In this document: positions 1 through 8,826 of the stretch, piece by piece
Layout: each line of letters begins with the position of its first letter
Numbering within the stretch: the stretch's first letter is position 1
Source: Sulfurovum sp.
GTDB taxonomy: Bacteria; Campylobacterota; Campylobacteria; Campylobacterales; Sulfurovaceae
Length of the DNA: 55,759 bases
Reading direction: 5' to 3'
Assembly: GCA_045267865.1 (NCBI GenBank)
Contig: JASFZJ010000045.1
Span: forward strand, 1 to 55,759
Notes under the pieces: model-generated
What the model was told of the DNA's origin: nothing
The model's database searches: none
The model's input: only the letters and a program-made list of their open reading frames with translations
Program-made: the position numbers and the translations under genes

Positions 1-132
1 AAATGAAAAATTACCTATTTTTGATTAATTTTAACTTTTTCTAACTATCTCCTTTATATTTTTTTAAGTTTAATTTGCTTTTTTTATTATTTTTAAGTTA
101 AATTAAACTTAAAAATAACTTAAATTAGAATT

Positions 133-177
133 GCTGACGTACGGTTCGGAGGGAGGGGAGTTTTCCCCTACCCCTAT
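133..177 (+). mobile_element. Group II intron 3' remnant (3' half of domain V, domain VI, terminal AT)
   Basis: GCTG-AC-GTACGGTTC matches the 3' arm of DV with its AC bulge. GGG AGGGGA GTTT TCCCCT A CCC forms DVI with a bulged A at 170, and the segment ends ...CTAT (AY). The 5' arm of DV and the RT ORF are absent. Confidence 0.8.
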
Positions 178-307
178 AATGAATACGCCCTACCTCTAGG
201 ACTACTAATAGGTGAAGCGTTGAGCAATGTATAGAGTTTTGGGTGTCAGGTGATGCTAATGCTACCTTTATTACTCAAAATAATCTCTCATCCAATCACA
301 CCATAAC

Positions 308-793
308 TCATATCTTCAAATACATCCATTCTATACTTTTAGCTAATTTCTGAAAACCAAGATTATTATATTTCTCTTTCAAATTATCATTATCAGGTGA
401 CAAAATAATATATCTTAATCCCACTTCCGATTGAAGCCTTTTAGCCACATCAATTACAAATTCAATCAAGTATCTAAATGGTTTAGTATTCTCCAATATT
501 TCAAGACTTTTACCCCTATAATTACTATTTATAAATATATAATCAATCTGTATAGAGGGCTGTTCGTTGATAGATGATGTTACAGATATAGCTACTAATC
601 CTATAATAATTGTATTATTTTTTAAGATATATAAAACCGTCTTAGATTTTTTGACCTTTTTACATATATCTTTGATAAAAATTCTTTCTCTAGTCTCTTC
701 TTCTATATTTTGAGATAAAGATAAATTTTGGAGTATTTCTAAATCTAAATTGTATCCTAAATAACTATTATCATATTTTACGATTTCTACCAA
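308..793 (-). CDS. GNAT-family N-acetyltransferase (possible TA toxin)
   Basis: IDYIFINSNYRGK acetyl-CoA-binding motif A, then VGLRYIIL and YNNLGF motif B. TTG start. Confidence 0.75.
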   Translation of the reverse strand: MVEIVKYDNSYLGYNLDLEILQNLSLSQNIEEETRERIFIKDICKKVKKSKTVLYILKNNTIIIGLVAISVTSSINEQPSIQIDYIFINSNYRGKSLEILENTKPFRYLIEFVIDVAKRLQSEVGLRYIILSPDNDNLKEKYNNLGFQKLAKSIEWMYLKI

Positions 794-946
794 TTAAGCA
801 CTCACAACATTGTATTTTCTTGAAGTAGCTGATTTAATCAATGCTTTATTTAGTGGAGCATCTTCAATCTTTTTCAATTCTTTTTTTGTTAGATTTCGTG
901 GTGGTGCGATATTAATAACTTTTCCATCTTTTATTTTTAATGCCAT
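794..946 (-). CDS. Small basic protein, 50 aa (MALKIKDGKVINIAPPRNLTKKELKKIEDAPLNKALIKSATSRKYNVVSA); possible antitoxin
   Basis: Translated by hand; below the ORF-track cutoff. AAGGA RBS upstream of ATG 946. Its TAA abuts the TTG start of the GNAT gene. Confidence 0.65.
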   Translation of the reverse strand: MALKIKDGKVINIAPPRNLTKKELKKIEDAPLNKALIKSATSRKYNVVSA

Positions 947-994
947 AAATAATCCTTAATAATTTTACTTAACACTATTATAACATAAAAACCA

Positions 995-1126
995 CTACCC
1001 CCTCAACCACCCCAAAGCAACCCCAATAATATCATCATCTTTACTATCAGCCTTCAAAACCAATCTCTCTTTCCCCTCTTTTCTAAACTCAATGAAGACA
1101 CTCTCACCATCACATCTAATAGTAGC
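995..1126 (-). pseudogene. Orphan 3' gene fragment (ATIRCDGESVFIEFRKEGKERLVLKADSKDDDIIGVALGWLRG*)
   Basis: 43 protein-like sense codons ending in TAG, with an in-frame TAA immediately upstream and no convincing start. Confidence 0.35.
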
Positions 1127-1182
1127 TTATGTGACAATATTATATAATTCTTTTTATAAAAATAGATACAAAAGAGAAGTTT

Positions 1183-1551
1183 TCAAGTAATAAGCAACTG
1201 TCTCTTATCTCTATAGACTATCCCCTCAACTTCAGAGAGGTTTGTTCTGTTTTCAATGGCATTGAGTAGATTATCAAGCGTTCCTCCTCTCTCTTCTCTG
1301 ATTATGAAGTCTATACAATGCTCATCTCTAAATATCTTTACATAGTGTGAAGATGGGAACTTGCCACTATAGATGATATATATATTCTTGATTTTAGCTT
1401 TTATCTCTTTTGAGATTTGCATAATCTTATTGTGTCTATCTCCTAGATTTTTGATGATTAATATATTATCTAGCTTATTTCTTTTGGACTCCTCTAGTAG
1501 TTCTACTTTATAGCTATTTTGCTTGATAGCATTTATGATTATTGTTTTCAT
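1183..1551 (-). CDS. Truncated/degenerate cobalamin-binding domain of a B12-dependent radical SAM protein
   Basis: IIYSGKFPS...IDFIIREERGGTLDNLL...VEGIVYRD resembles GGxHP(S/T)...DxVxRGEGE...GxxYR. No CxxxCxxC. ATGA overlap with the upstream gene. Confidence 0.55.
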   Translation of the reverse strand: MKTIIINAIKQNSYKVELLEESKRNKLDNILIIKNLGDRHNKIMQISKEIKAKIKNIYIIYSGKFPSSHYVKIFRDEHCIDFIIREERGGTLDNLLNAIENRTNLSEVEGIVYRDKRQLLIT

Positions 1552-2987
1552 TTTAGACCTTTTTTATACTTATTCATTTTATCCTTTTTGAGACAATAGC
1601 CTAGATGAAAATCCAAAATATCTGAACAATTTTTACCTCTATTGCTATTAAATCCTACTTGTAAAATATTTTGTAATCTTTGTTTATAAACTACATTGAA
1701 CTCAACTGCCTCAATAGCATCTATTGATAGAGAAGCTAAATAGTTATAATCTAACCTATAAGAGCTATTTTGTTCCATTAATTTAATATGATTTCGCACT
1801 ATAAGTCTATCTATATTGATAGATGAGATTATCATAAGTGCTACCAAAGAGATGATAGAGCTGTAATTCAAAAATTTGGAATAGCTCTTTTTGTATATTA
1901 AAAATATCATAAAAACAGCCAATAATATAATCAAAAAGTAGGTAAACCACTCTATATAGTACCGTAGTGTGGTTGTTCCAAACATACTTTGGTATATATA
2001 TATTTTATTTAAAGATGAGATACCGATTATCAATACTTGGAGTGCTAGTGTTATCTGTAGGGTTTTAATTATATTACCATATTTGGATATTATCTCATTT
2101 TTGTAAAAATAGAGAAGTATAATAGACGCAAGACCCATAACTATCAGTAACTCAAAAAACCCACTTCTTGCATAATCTGCGAGGTTTATATTTGAAGTTG
2201 TAATAAACTCTAAACCACCAAAAAAGTATTTGATTTGAAAGAGTACAAAACTGATAAAGAGTAGATTTATCATACCCAAAAAAATACCTATAATAATAAT
2301 ATCTAACTCTTTTTTAGAAGGCTTTTTATAGCTATTTTTTCTATTTGAAGAGAGTATTTTAATTACTCCAATCAAAAAGATAGCACTTAGCAGTACCATT
2401 TGGGATATATCTATAATTTTTGATTTATCAAATGTAAATATATTGGTTATAAATATATTGAAATTCCCATCACTCAAACTAAATAGAATAGTAAAAACTA
2501 TCAAAAAAGGTATAGTAATAAGAAATCCTATAGCAACTCGTTTTATTATAGTTTTATCTGTTTTATGAAATAAATTATTGATAAATATCTTTAGGATACT
2601 AATGCTATCTCGAAAGATATTAAACCTAATAAAAAACTGTTGATAAAATTCACTACATCTACACATCACAGAGAGATAGATAATGAGTATTAAAAATGTA
2701 ACTATAAATGGTAAATATTTGGCTACAAACTCATTATTATAATAGAATATATCCATACTCAAAATAGCCACTACCAAGATAAGAAACTTTGTATATCTAT
2801 TTTGATTTAATCCTCTCTTCATAAGCAAAAATATAGGCAATAACAGAATAATATTAAATACCAAATATGAAAACCCTATATTATGTTTTAGTAAAACAAA
2901 CTCAGTCCAATATCCCCAAAAAAGAGATAATCCAACAAGCATTAATGCGATGCTTGGTATTTTTAATCCTCTATATATTTTCATCAT
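1548..2987 (-). CDS. DUF4153/DUF4173-type multi-pass membrane protein
   Basis: Many TM helices. Motifs LFSLSDGNF, FVLFQIKYFFGG, YARSGFFEL, YQSMFGTTTLRY and DYNYLASLSIDA. Confidence 0.75.
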   Translation of the reverse strand: MMKIYRGLKIPSIALMLVGLSLFWGYWTEFVLLKHNIGFSYLVFNIILLLPIFLLMKRGLNQNRYTKFLILVVAILSMDIFYYNNEFVAKYLPFIVTFLILIIYLSVMCRCSEFYQQFFIRFNIFRDSISILKIFINNLFHKTDKTIIKRVAIGFLITIPFLIVFTILFSLSDGNFNIFITNIFTFDKSKIIDISQMVLLSAIFLIGVIKILSSNRKNSYKKPSKKELDIIIIGIFLGMINLLFISFVLFQIKYFFGGLEFITTSNINLADYARSGFFELLIVMGLASIILLYFYKNEIISKYGNIIKTLQITLALQVLIIGISSLNKIYIYQSMFGTTTLRYYIEWFTYFLIILLAVFMIFLIYKKSYSKFLNYSSIISLVALMIISSINIDRLIVRNHIKLMEQNSSYRLDYNYLASLSIDAIEAVEFNVVYKQRLQNILQVGFNSNRGKNCSDILDFHLGYCLKKDKMNKYKKGLK

Positions 2988-4305
2988 TTATCCTTCTCAT
3001 CAAATCTTTTGCATAACTTGTATCTATCACAGCTCCTAGTTTTTCAAAAATAGCATAGAGTCCAAGTAGGGTTCTATCCAAAAATATAAACTCTTGATTG
3101 AGCTTATCTATGGAGTTTATCTGTTTTTTCTGTATCTCAAAAATCGCTTCAAATCCTCGTTTTGAGAAATCTTTGTGACTCTTAAAATCAAAGATATCTT
3201 CTATAAAAGGCTCTATGTAGAGGCTATCAAGTGGATTGATAATATCTTTATAAAATGCACTCATCTTTGGCAGAGTATCTCTCTCTATCATTCCTAATTT
3301 GACATACCACTCTATTATCTCCTCTTCATTTTTTTGCTCTATAAGTGCTATATGAAGACTTGAATAGAGTTTGAGAAATTGACTATCTATACTCTTGACA
3401 CATCCAAAATCAATCATTGCCAATTTATTATCAGCACAAAATAGATAGTTCCCTGGATTTGGGTCTGCGTGAATTTTGTGGAGTCTATAGAGAGATTTGA
3501 AAAAGCTCTGAAAAAGTAGATTACCATAGTGATTTTTGAGCTTTTGTGATGGATTGGTAGCCAAAAAATCTCTCAATATCACGCCCTCTATCTTTTCTGA
3601 AGTTATCACTTTTTTGGTAGAGAATTCATTATATACTTTGGGGATTATAATATCTTTGATATTGAGATTATCTCGAAAGAAGTTACTATTTTTTGCCTCT
3701 TGTATATAATCTATCTCTTCAAAAAGTCTATCACTAATCTCACCTATTAGATGCTCTATCTCTTTTGATTTGGCTACTCTAACCAACATAAATTTAACTA
3801 TCTGCATATCACTTTTAATAGACTTTTCAATAGCAGGATATTGTATCTTGACTACTACAGTTTCATCATAAATTTGAGCCAAATGCACCTGACCTAGACT
3901 CGCTCCTGCAAATACCTCTCCATCAAATATCGTAAAGAGCTGATTTGGATAAAATCCAAACTCTTGTTTGATTACCTTTCTTACCACAGCTCTGTTTAGA
4001 GGTGGTATTTTATTAAATGAATTTTCTAGCTTTTCTATATACTCAGTAGGTAAAAATGTCAAATTCAGACCGATTTGTTGAGCTATCTTGACCGATACAC
4101 CTTTAAGTTCTCCTAGAGCATCCATCATAATCTCTGCTAATTTTTCACTATTCTCAGCTTTGGCTTTTTGCTTCTGCTCAGGCTTTAGAAATGCTCTCTT
4201 AATCATACTTTTGCTTGTATGCAGTCCCATTTTGAGAGTAGCTTTGCCGATGACTTTAGATTTTTGTATTTTAGTATAGGGTATTGTATCACTCATCAAA
4301 TACAT
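2971..4305 (-). CDS. ABC1/UbiB/AarF-family atypical kinase
   Basis: LKGVSVKIAQ, AGASLGQVH, VVKIQYP, EIDYIQEA, HADPNPGN and IDFGC. The start may be ATG 4296. Confidence 0.92.
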   Translation of the reverse strand: MYLMSDTIPYTKIQKSKVIGKATLKMGLHTSKSMIKRAFLKPEQKQKAKAENSEKLAEIMMDALGELKGVSVKIAQQIGLNLTFLPTEYIEKLENSFNKIPPLNRAVVRKVIKQEFGFYPNQLFTIFDGEVFAGASLGQVHLAQIYDETVVVKIQYPAIEKSIKSDMQIVKFMLVRVAKSKEIEHLIGEISDRLFEEIDYIQEAKNSNFFRDNLNIKDIIIPKVYNEFSTKKVITSEKIEGVILRDFLATNPSQKLKNHYGNLLFQSFFKSLYRLHKIHADPNPGNYLFCADNKLAMIDFGCVKSIDSQFLKLYSSLHIALIEQKNEEEIIEWYVKLGMIERDTLPKMSAFYKDIINPLDSLYIEPFIEDIFDFKSHKDFSKRGFEAIFEIQKKQINSIDKLNQEFIFLDRTLLGLYAIFEKLGAVIDTSYAKDLMRRINDENI

Positions 4306-4894
4306 CCATAAATCTTCTTTTTATCTTATTCAGTTTTGCTCCTTTGGAAGCAAATTTACCCATATTGCCCAAAATATGAGTCTTAAACATAAACATTCCC
4401 AAATCTGATACTTTGGATAATAGATTTGATTTAATCACCGTCTCAATCACTCCCAAAGAGTGGTCGATAAACTCTGTAGTGTTCTCAAATCTATCAGAAT
4501 CATCTTTGAGCCAATATGCCACCACAGCAATAAAATAATCCCAAAAAAGAAGAGGAATAAACTCATCAAACGGTTGAGCCTCTATCTCTCCTGCTTCCAC
4601 AGCCACATCAAATATCTCTTTGACCATCTCAATAAAGAGCTTCTTGGTATTATAAAGAGCTTCAAGTTTGACAGAAGATGAGTAGAAAGCCAAATCAAAT
4701 ATAGCCTGAATAAACTCTCTATCAGCGAGATAAAGTTCAAGCTCAGTCTCAATCATAGTCTGCAACTGCTCCCTAAGAGAAAAACTATCAAAATCATCAA
4801 TATCTTTTAAGACCTCTATTGTCTCTTTATGTTTTTGCTCTATATATCCATACAAAATTTTCTCTTTGGTAGAAAAATAGTTATATATAGTAGG
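4289..4894 (-). pseudogene. TetR-family regulator, N-terminus removed at the IS1 junction
   Basis: Begins at PTIYNYFSTKEKIL (HTH recognition helix). The upstream residues of the track ORF (to 4957) are encoded by the IS end. Confidence 0.8.
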
Positions 4895-5386
4895 GGTAAT
4901 ACACCTATTCCGTTGATATAATTTATACTTATAGTAAAAGTCCAAAATCCAAGACATTAATCAATAGACCAATAACAATATCGTGCATCTTGATGGACTT
5001 AGAAAAACAGATAGTTCTTCTAGTAAGATTTTTTCTCTCAATAGTTTGGGTATTTTCTTTTCCGATTTCATGTTTAGTTTCATCTAGTTTTTTGCTATAG
5101 GCACCCCAATTATCTGTGTAATATTTTCCTATATTAAATGAATCTAATAGCTTTTTTAATTTTATAAATACTTCATCTTTTCTTCTACCAAAAACAAAGG
5201 CAACAGTCTCTCCTATTTTATGGTCTATTGCCAACCATAACCATCTCTATTTACCATGTTCATCTTTTCTATTTTTTACAATATCACAACTATCACAATA
5301 TGGACATTTTACTTCTATTTCTATTTTCACCTTTTTTCTTTAAATCTTCCTTAGACTTGTTTTATCAACGGAATTGGTACATTACC
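4895..5386 (-). mobile_element. IS1-family element, internally deleted (492 bp)
   Basis: 26-bp TIRs GGTAATACACCTATTCCGTTGATATA / GGTAATGTACCAATTCCGTTGATAAA (22/26 match). Contains InsA Zn-finger and InsB remnants. No target duplication seen. Confidence 0.9.
4929..5330 (-). pseudogene. IS1 transposase remnant (InsA N-terminus fused to InsB C-terminus)
   Basis: VKIEIEVKCPYCDSCDIVKN...GK* (5330-5247), followed in frame by RWLWLAIDH...YYTDNWGAY...IERKNLT-RRTICFSKS. The first catalytic Asp region is missing. Confidence 0.85.
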
Positions 5387-5499
5387 GTTTATCCCCTACA
5401 AAATAACGAATATTAAATAGTTTATAGACTACTTCATTACTATATTTAGTAAATTTTCCATTTTTCAGGAATATCATCTCCTGAAATTTTTTATTATAT

Positions 5500-5682
5500 C
5501 TAATTTCCCTCTATTTTTTTAGCTGTAAAAAATACTAAATTTTTACCTCTAAATTTAAAATCTAACTCTATAGGACGACAACACACTTCACAATCTTCTA
5601 TATAATCACTATCTTCTTCTTCTGGGTCAAATATCATTGATATACGCTTCCAACAATATGGACAGCTAAAAAAATGTTCCAT
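5500..5682 (-). CDS. CPXCG-motif cysteine-rich protein
   Basis: CPYCW...YIEDCEVCCRPI. Confidence 0.85.
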   Translation of the reverse strand: MEHFFSCPYCWKRISMIFDPEEEDSDYIEDCEVCCRPIELDFKFRGKNLVFFTAKKIEGN

Positions 5683-5906
5683 TAATCTTTCTCCTTTTTA
5701 AATAATTTACTAAACCAAGGTATTAAACTGCAACCTGTTTCACAGCTTTTACCTTCTTTATCACATTGGACTTGTCTAATATTACGAATTAGTAAAAATA
5801 GAAATCCAAAAGAGATGAGTAATTGTACCACACCTATCAATAAATGGCTATTTAAAAGGTTTTGAATTGAGAGTACAAACATTATAATCGTGACAATAAG
5901 ACACAT
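5682..5906 (-). CDS. Small membrane protein with Cys-containing C-terminus
   Basis: Two hydrophobic helices, AAGGA RBS, and a 1-bp overlap with the next gene. Confidence 0.7.
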   Translation of the reverse strand: MCLIVTIIMFVLSIQNLLNSHLLIGVVQLLISFGFLFLLIRNIRQVQCDKEGKSCETGCSLIPWFSKLFKKEKD

Positions 5907-5936
5907 AATTTTTCCTTTTTTAACTCTATTCTCTAT

Positions 5937-6941
5937 CTATTTAGCATTAAAAAAATAGGCTTGAGCATCTTTTTTGTCTGAGTATGGAGAGACATCTACA
6001 CTCTCATCACCAACCTCTACACTATATGTCGTATCAGGTGAACTTTTGACATAAGTGATAGCTAGTTTTGCTCCTAGTATTTTATCATTTTTTGAGGCAT
6101 TAGCACTAATAAGCGAATAAGGTCCTGCTATTGGTAGGCGAACTCTTATATATTTATCACTCTCTATCGCTTCAAGCCCTGCATTATCTTCTTGATTTCG
6201 TCCCACGGCTAGTTTCGCACCATCTGGAAGTCTAAATTGTCGTCCAAATTTGAGTATTTCTACATCATCTATACCAAAATCTTCATCATGAGATATAAAC
6301 TCTGAAATTCTATCAGAATAATGAGCTTCTGTGAGTAGGCATCCACCTCCTGGACTCTCATAATCTTCCCAACCAAAAGATTTGGCTAGTGCCAATTGTC
6401 TCTCACGGCTTCTTCCTGATATATCTAATAGTTTCTCTCTATCTACCCAACCCTCTAATTCAGGAGTAGTCTCTTCCATCATTTTGGCACATAGAGGTCG
6501 CAAGATTAGTTTCTCTTCTTTATCTTCTGCTAAATTTGCTACTTGTTTCATAGCATCGTGTCTTTGACTCATTGGGCGTTGTCCTATCACTTCACCTGTA
6601 AATATAAATGATGCACCCATCTCTCTCATAATCGCTTTACCTACTCTAAACATATATCCGTGACAATCTATACAAGGATTGAAGTTTTTGCCATAGCCAT
6701 ATTTTGGGTCAAAGAGGATTTGTTTGATAAACTCCTCTCTCACATCTATAATCCGAAAATCAGCACCTGCTATGTTGGCTCTTCTTTTTAATATATCAGA
6801 TACATCTTTTGTACCTCCAAATCCTGTTTTGATATGTATCGCTGTAACGGCTATGCCTTGGTCACTCATCATCTTAATAGCTATCATACTATCTAAACCA
6901 CCACTAAATAGTGAGATGGCTTTTATCTTTTCTGTTTGCAT
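5937..6941 (-). CDS. PP-loop ThiI/MnmA-like tRNA thiolation protein
   Basis: SGGLDS PP-loop, NPCIDC, GEVIGQRPMSQ and GGGCLLT. Confidence 0.8.
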   Translation of the reverse strand: MQTEKIKAISLFSGGLDSMIAIKMMSDQGIAVTAIHIKTGFGGTKDVSDILKRRANIAGADFRIIDVREEFIKQILFDPKYGYGKNFNPCIDCHGYMFRVGKAIMREMGASFIFTGEVIGQRPMSQRHDAMKQVANLAEDKEEKLILRPLCAKMMEETTPELEGWVDREKLLDISGRSRERQLALAKSFGWEDYESPGGGCLLTEAHYSDRISEFISHDEDFGIDDVEILKFGRQFRLPDGAKLAVGRNQEDNAGLEAIESDKYIRVRLPIAGPYSLISANASKNDKILGAKLAITYVKSSPDTTYSVEVGDESVDVSPYSDKKDAQAYFFNAK

Positions 6942-7048
6942 TTATCTCTTTTCTCCATATCCAAATTAATTTTAATATTATTTTATCTAACTTTCTCTCT
7001 TTTATATACTTTTTTTGAGTATAATTAAAATAGTATTTATAAAGAAAG

Positions 7049-8806
7049 GTGGTTATTTTGATTTATAAACTAAAAATATTAAAAACATTTATAATCTGGG
7101 CTTTAGTGTTATGGACGGTTCTTATATCTCTATTTTTGGTATGGGGAATTATTCAAAGCTATAATCATGCGACAGATTTGGCATTTATAGAGGCACAATC
7201 TAGTATCAAAAAAGATTTGGCTTTTAGAAGATGGCTATCTTCACATGGTGGAGTTTATGTACCAATTACCAAAAAAACTCCACCAAATAAATATCTAACC
7301 AATATTCCAAATAGAGATATTACTTCAAACTATGGTGATAAATTAACACTTATGAACCCTGCTTATGCACTTAGGCAGATGATGAATGATTACTCTAAAC
7401 TCCATGGAATAAAATCAAAAATAACAAGTGATGCTTTACTAAATCCTGATAATGCACCAGATAAGTGGGAGAGAAAAGCCTTAAAGGTTATACTTAAAAG
7501 TAAAAAAACTTTTTGGGAAATTTCACATATTGATAATAAAGAGTATATTAGACTATTTGAACCTATTTTTACCAAAAAGAGTTGCTTGAAGTGTCATGCT
7601 GACCAAGGTTATAAGGTTGGAGAGTTGAGGGGAGGTATAAGTATAGCTATAGATATAGCACCTTATGATAATATGGTAGAAGAACATATAAAATTAAATA
7701 TTTTAAATAATCTTATTGTTTGGCTAATCGGTATGTTTGTTATCTTATGGGTATATATAAGAGGGAAAAAATATATTCTTGAGAAGATAACTAATTATGA
7801 ACAAAATATATATTCACTTATAGAGATAATAGAGAAGAGAGATAGATATACAGCAGGACATGGACGAAGAGTGGCCAAATATTCTAAACTTATCGCAGAA
7901 AAAATGGGATTAGATAATAATGAGATTGAACTTTTATATAGAGCTAGTATGCTTCACGATATTGGTAAAATAGCTATTCCTGATTCTATTTTATTGAAGC
8001 CTGAAAAACTAAATAATTTAGAGTATTCACTAATCCAAGAGCATGTAAAAGTGAGTTATGAACTACTTAGTGAGGTTGATATTTTTAAAGATATAGCCGT
8101 ATTGGTCAAGTATCACCATGAACACTATGATGGTAGTGGCTATCCTTATGGAATAAAAGGTGATGAAATATCTATATCTTCTCATATAATGTCATTTTGT
8201 GACGCTTTTGATTCCATGACAACAGATAGGATATATAAAGGACGCAAAGATGTAGCCAAAGCACTCAATGAGTCAATAAAATTAAAAGGAAAACAGTTTC
8301 ACCCAATTGTAGTTGATACGGCATGTGAAGTTCTAAAAAATATAGAGTTAGAGGATATTTCACAACTCCCACAAAATAAAAATGAAGAAGAGAGGCTCTC
8401 TTATTTTTTTAAAGACCCATTAACAGGTTGTTATAACTATAATTACTTAAAGTTTTTAACTATAAATAGTGAAATTAAAAAATATAGATATATATATGTA
8501 CTCTCCTTACATAATTTTCATCAATATAATAAAATCAAGGGTTGGAGTGCAGGTAATAATATATTAAAAGATATAGGAGAGAGTTTAATCCGTACCAATA
8601 AAGATACTATTATTATTAGAATTCATGGTGATGATTTTTTAATCCCTAAAAAAGATAATATAGAGATAGATACGGAGATAAATAGTATTAATAACACTAT
8701 TTTAAAAGATACAAATATTACAATTAAATATACTAAATTAAATATTGATGAGTTTGATATAGATAATTTGGAGTCTATATTAAGAAGTTTATTGACTACA
8801 GTTTAA
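7049..8806 (+). CDS. Heme-c (DUF3365-like) sensor / HD-GYP phosphodiesterase with degenerate GGDEF
   Basis: TM-periplasmic domain with HGGVY, NPDNAPD and CLKCH, then a second TM. Cytoplasmic LHDIGK, HHEHYDGSGYP, DPLTG and RIHGDDF. Confidence 0.88.
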   Translation: MVILIYKLKILKTFIIWALVLWTVLISLFLVWGIIQSYNHATDLAFIEAQSSIKKDLAFRRWLSSHGGVYVPITKKTPPNKYLTNIPNRDITSNYGDKLTLMNPAYALRQMMNDYSKLHGIKSKITSDALLNPDNAPDKWERKALKVILKSKKTFWEISHIDNKEYIRLFEPIFTKKSCLKCHADQGYKVGELRGGISIAIDIAPYDNMVEEHIKLNILNNLIVWLIGMFVILWVYIRGKKYILEKITNYEQNIYSLIEIIEKRDRYTAGHGRRVAKYSKLIAEKMGLDNNEIELLYRASMLHDIGKIAIPDSILLKPEKLNNLEYSLIQEHVKVSYELLSEVDIFKDIAVLVKYHHEHYDGSGYPYGIKGDEISISSHIMSFCDAFDSMTTDRIYKGRKDVAKALNESIKLKGKQFHPIVVDTACEVLKNIELEDISQLPQNKNEEERLSYFFKDPLTGCYNYNYLKFLTINSEIKKYRYIYVLSLHNFHQYNKIKGWSAGNNILKDIGESLIRTNKDTIIIRIHGDDFLIPKKDNIEIDTEINSINNTILKDTNITIKYTKLNIDEFDIDNLESILRSLLTTV

Positions 8807-8819
8807 TTACTGTAGCCAA
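8792..8819. terminator. Hairpin between convergent genes
   Basis: TTGACTACAGT-TTAATT-ACTGTAGCCAA. Confidence 0.5.
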
Positions 8820-8826
8820 CTATTTA

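Noticed and set aside
175-234. Peptide YNEYALPLGLLIGEALSNV resembling a histidine-kinase N-box helix
   Set aside because: Too short, with no start and no continuation; cannot be distinguished from chance.
5228-5416. 62-aa plus-strand ORF
   Set aside because: It is antisense to the IS1 InsA remnant and TIR, with no coding evidence.
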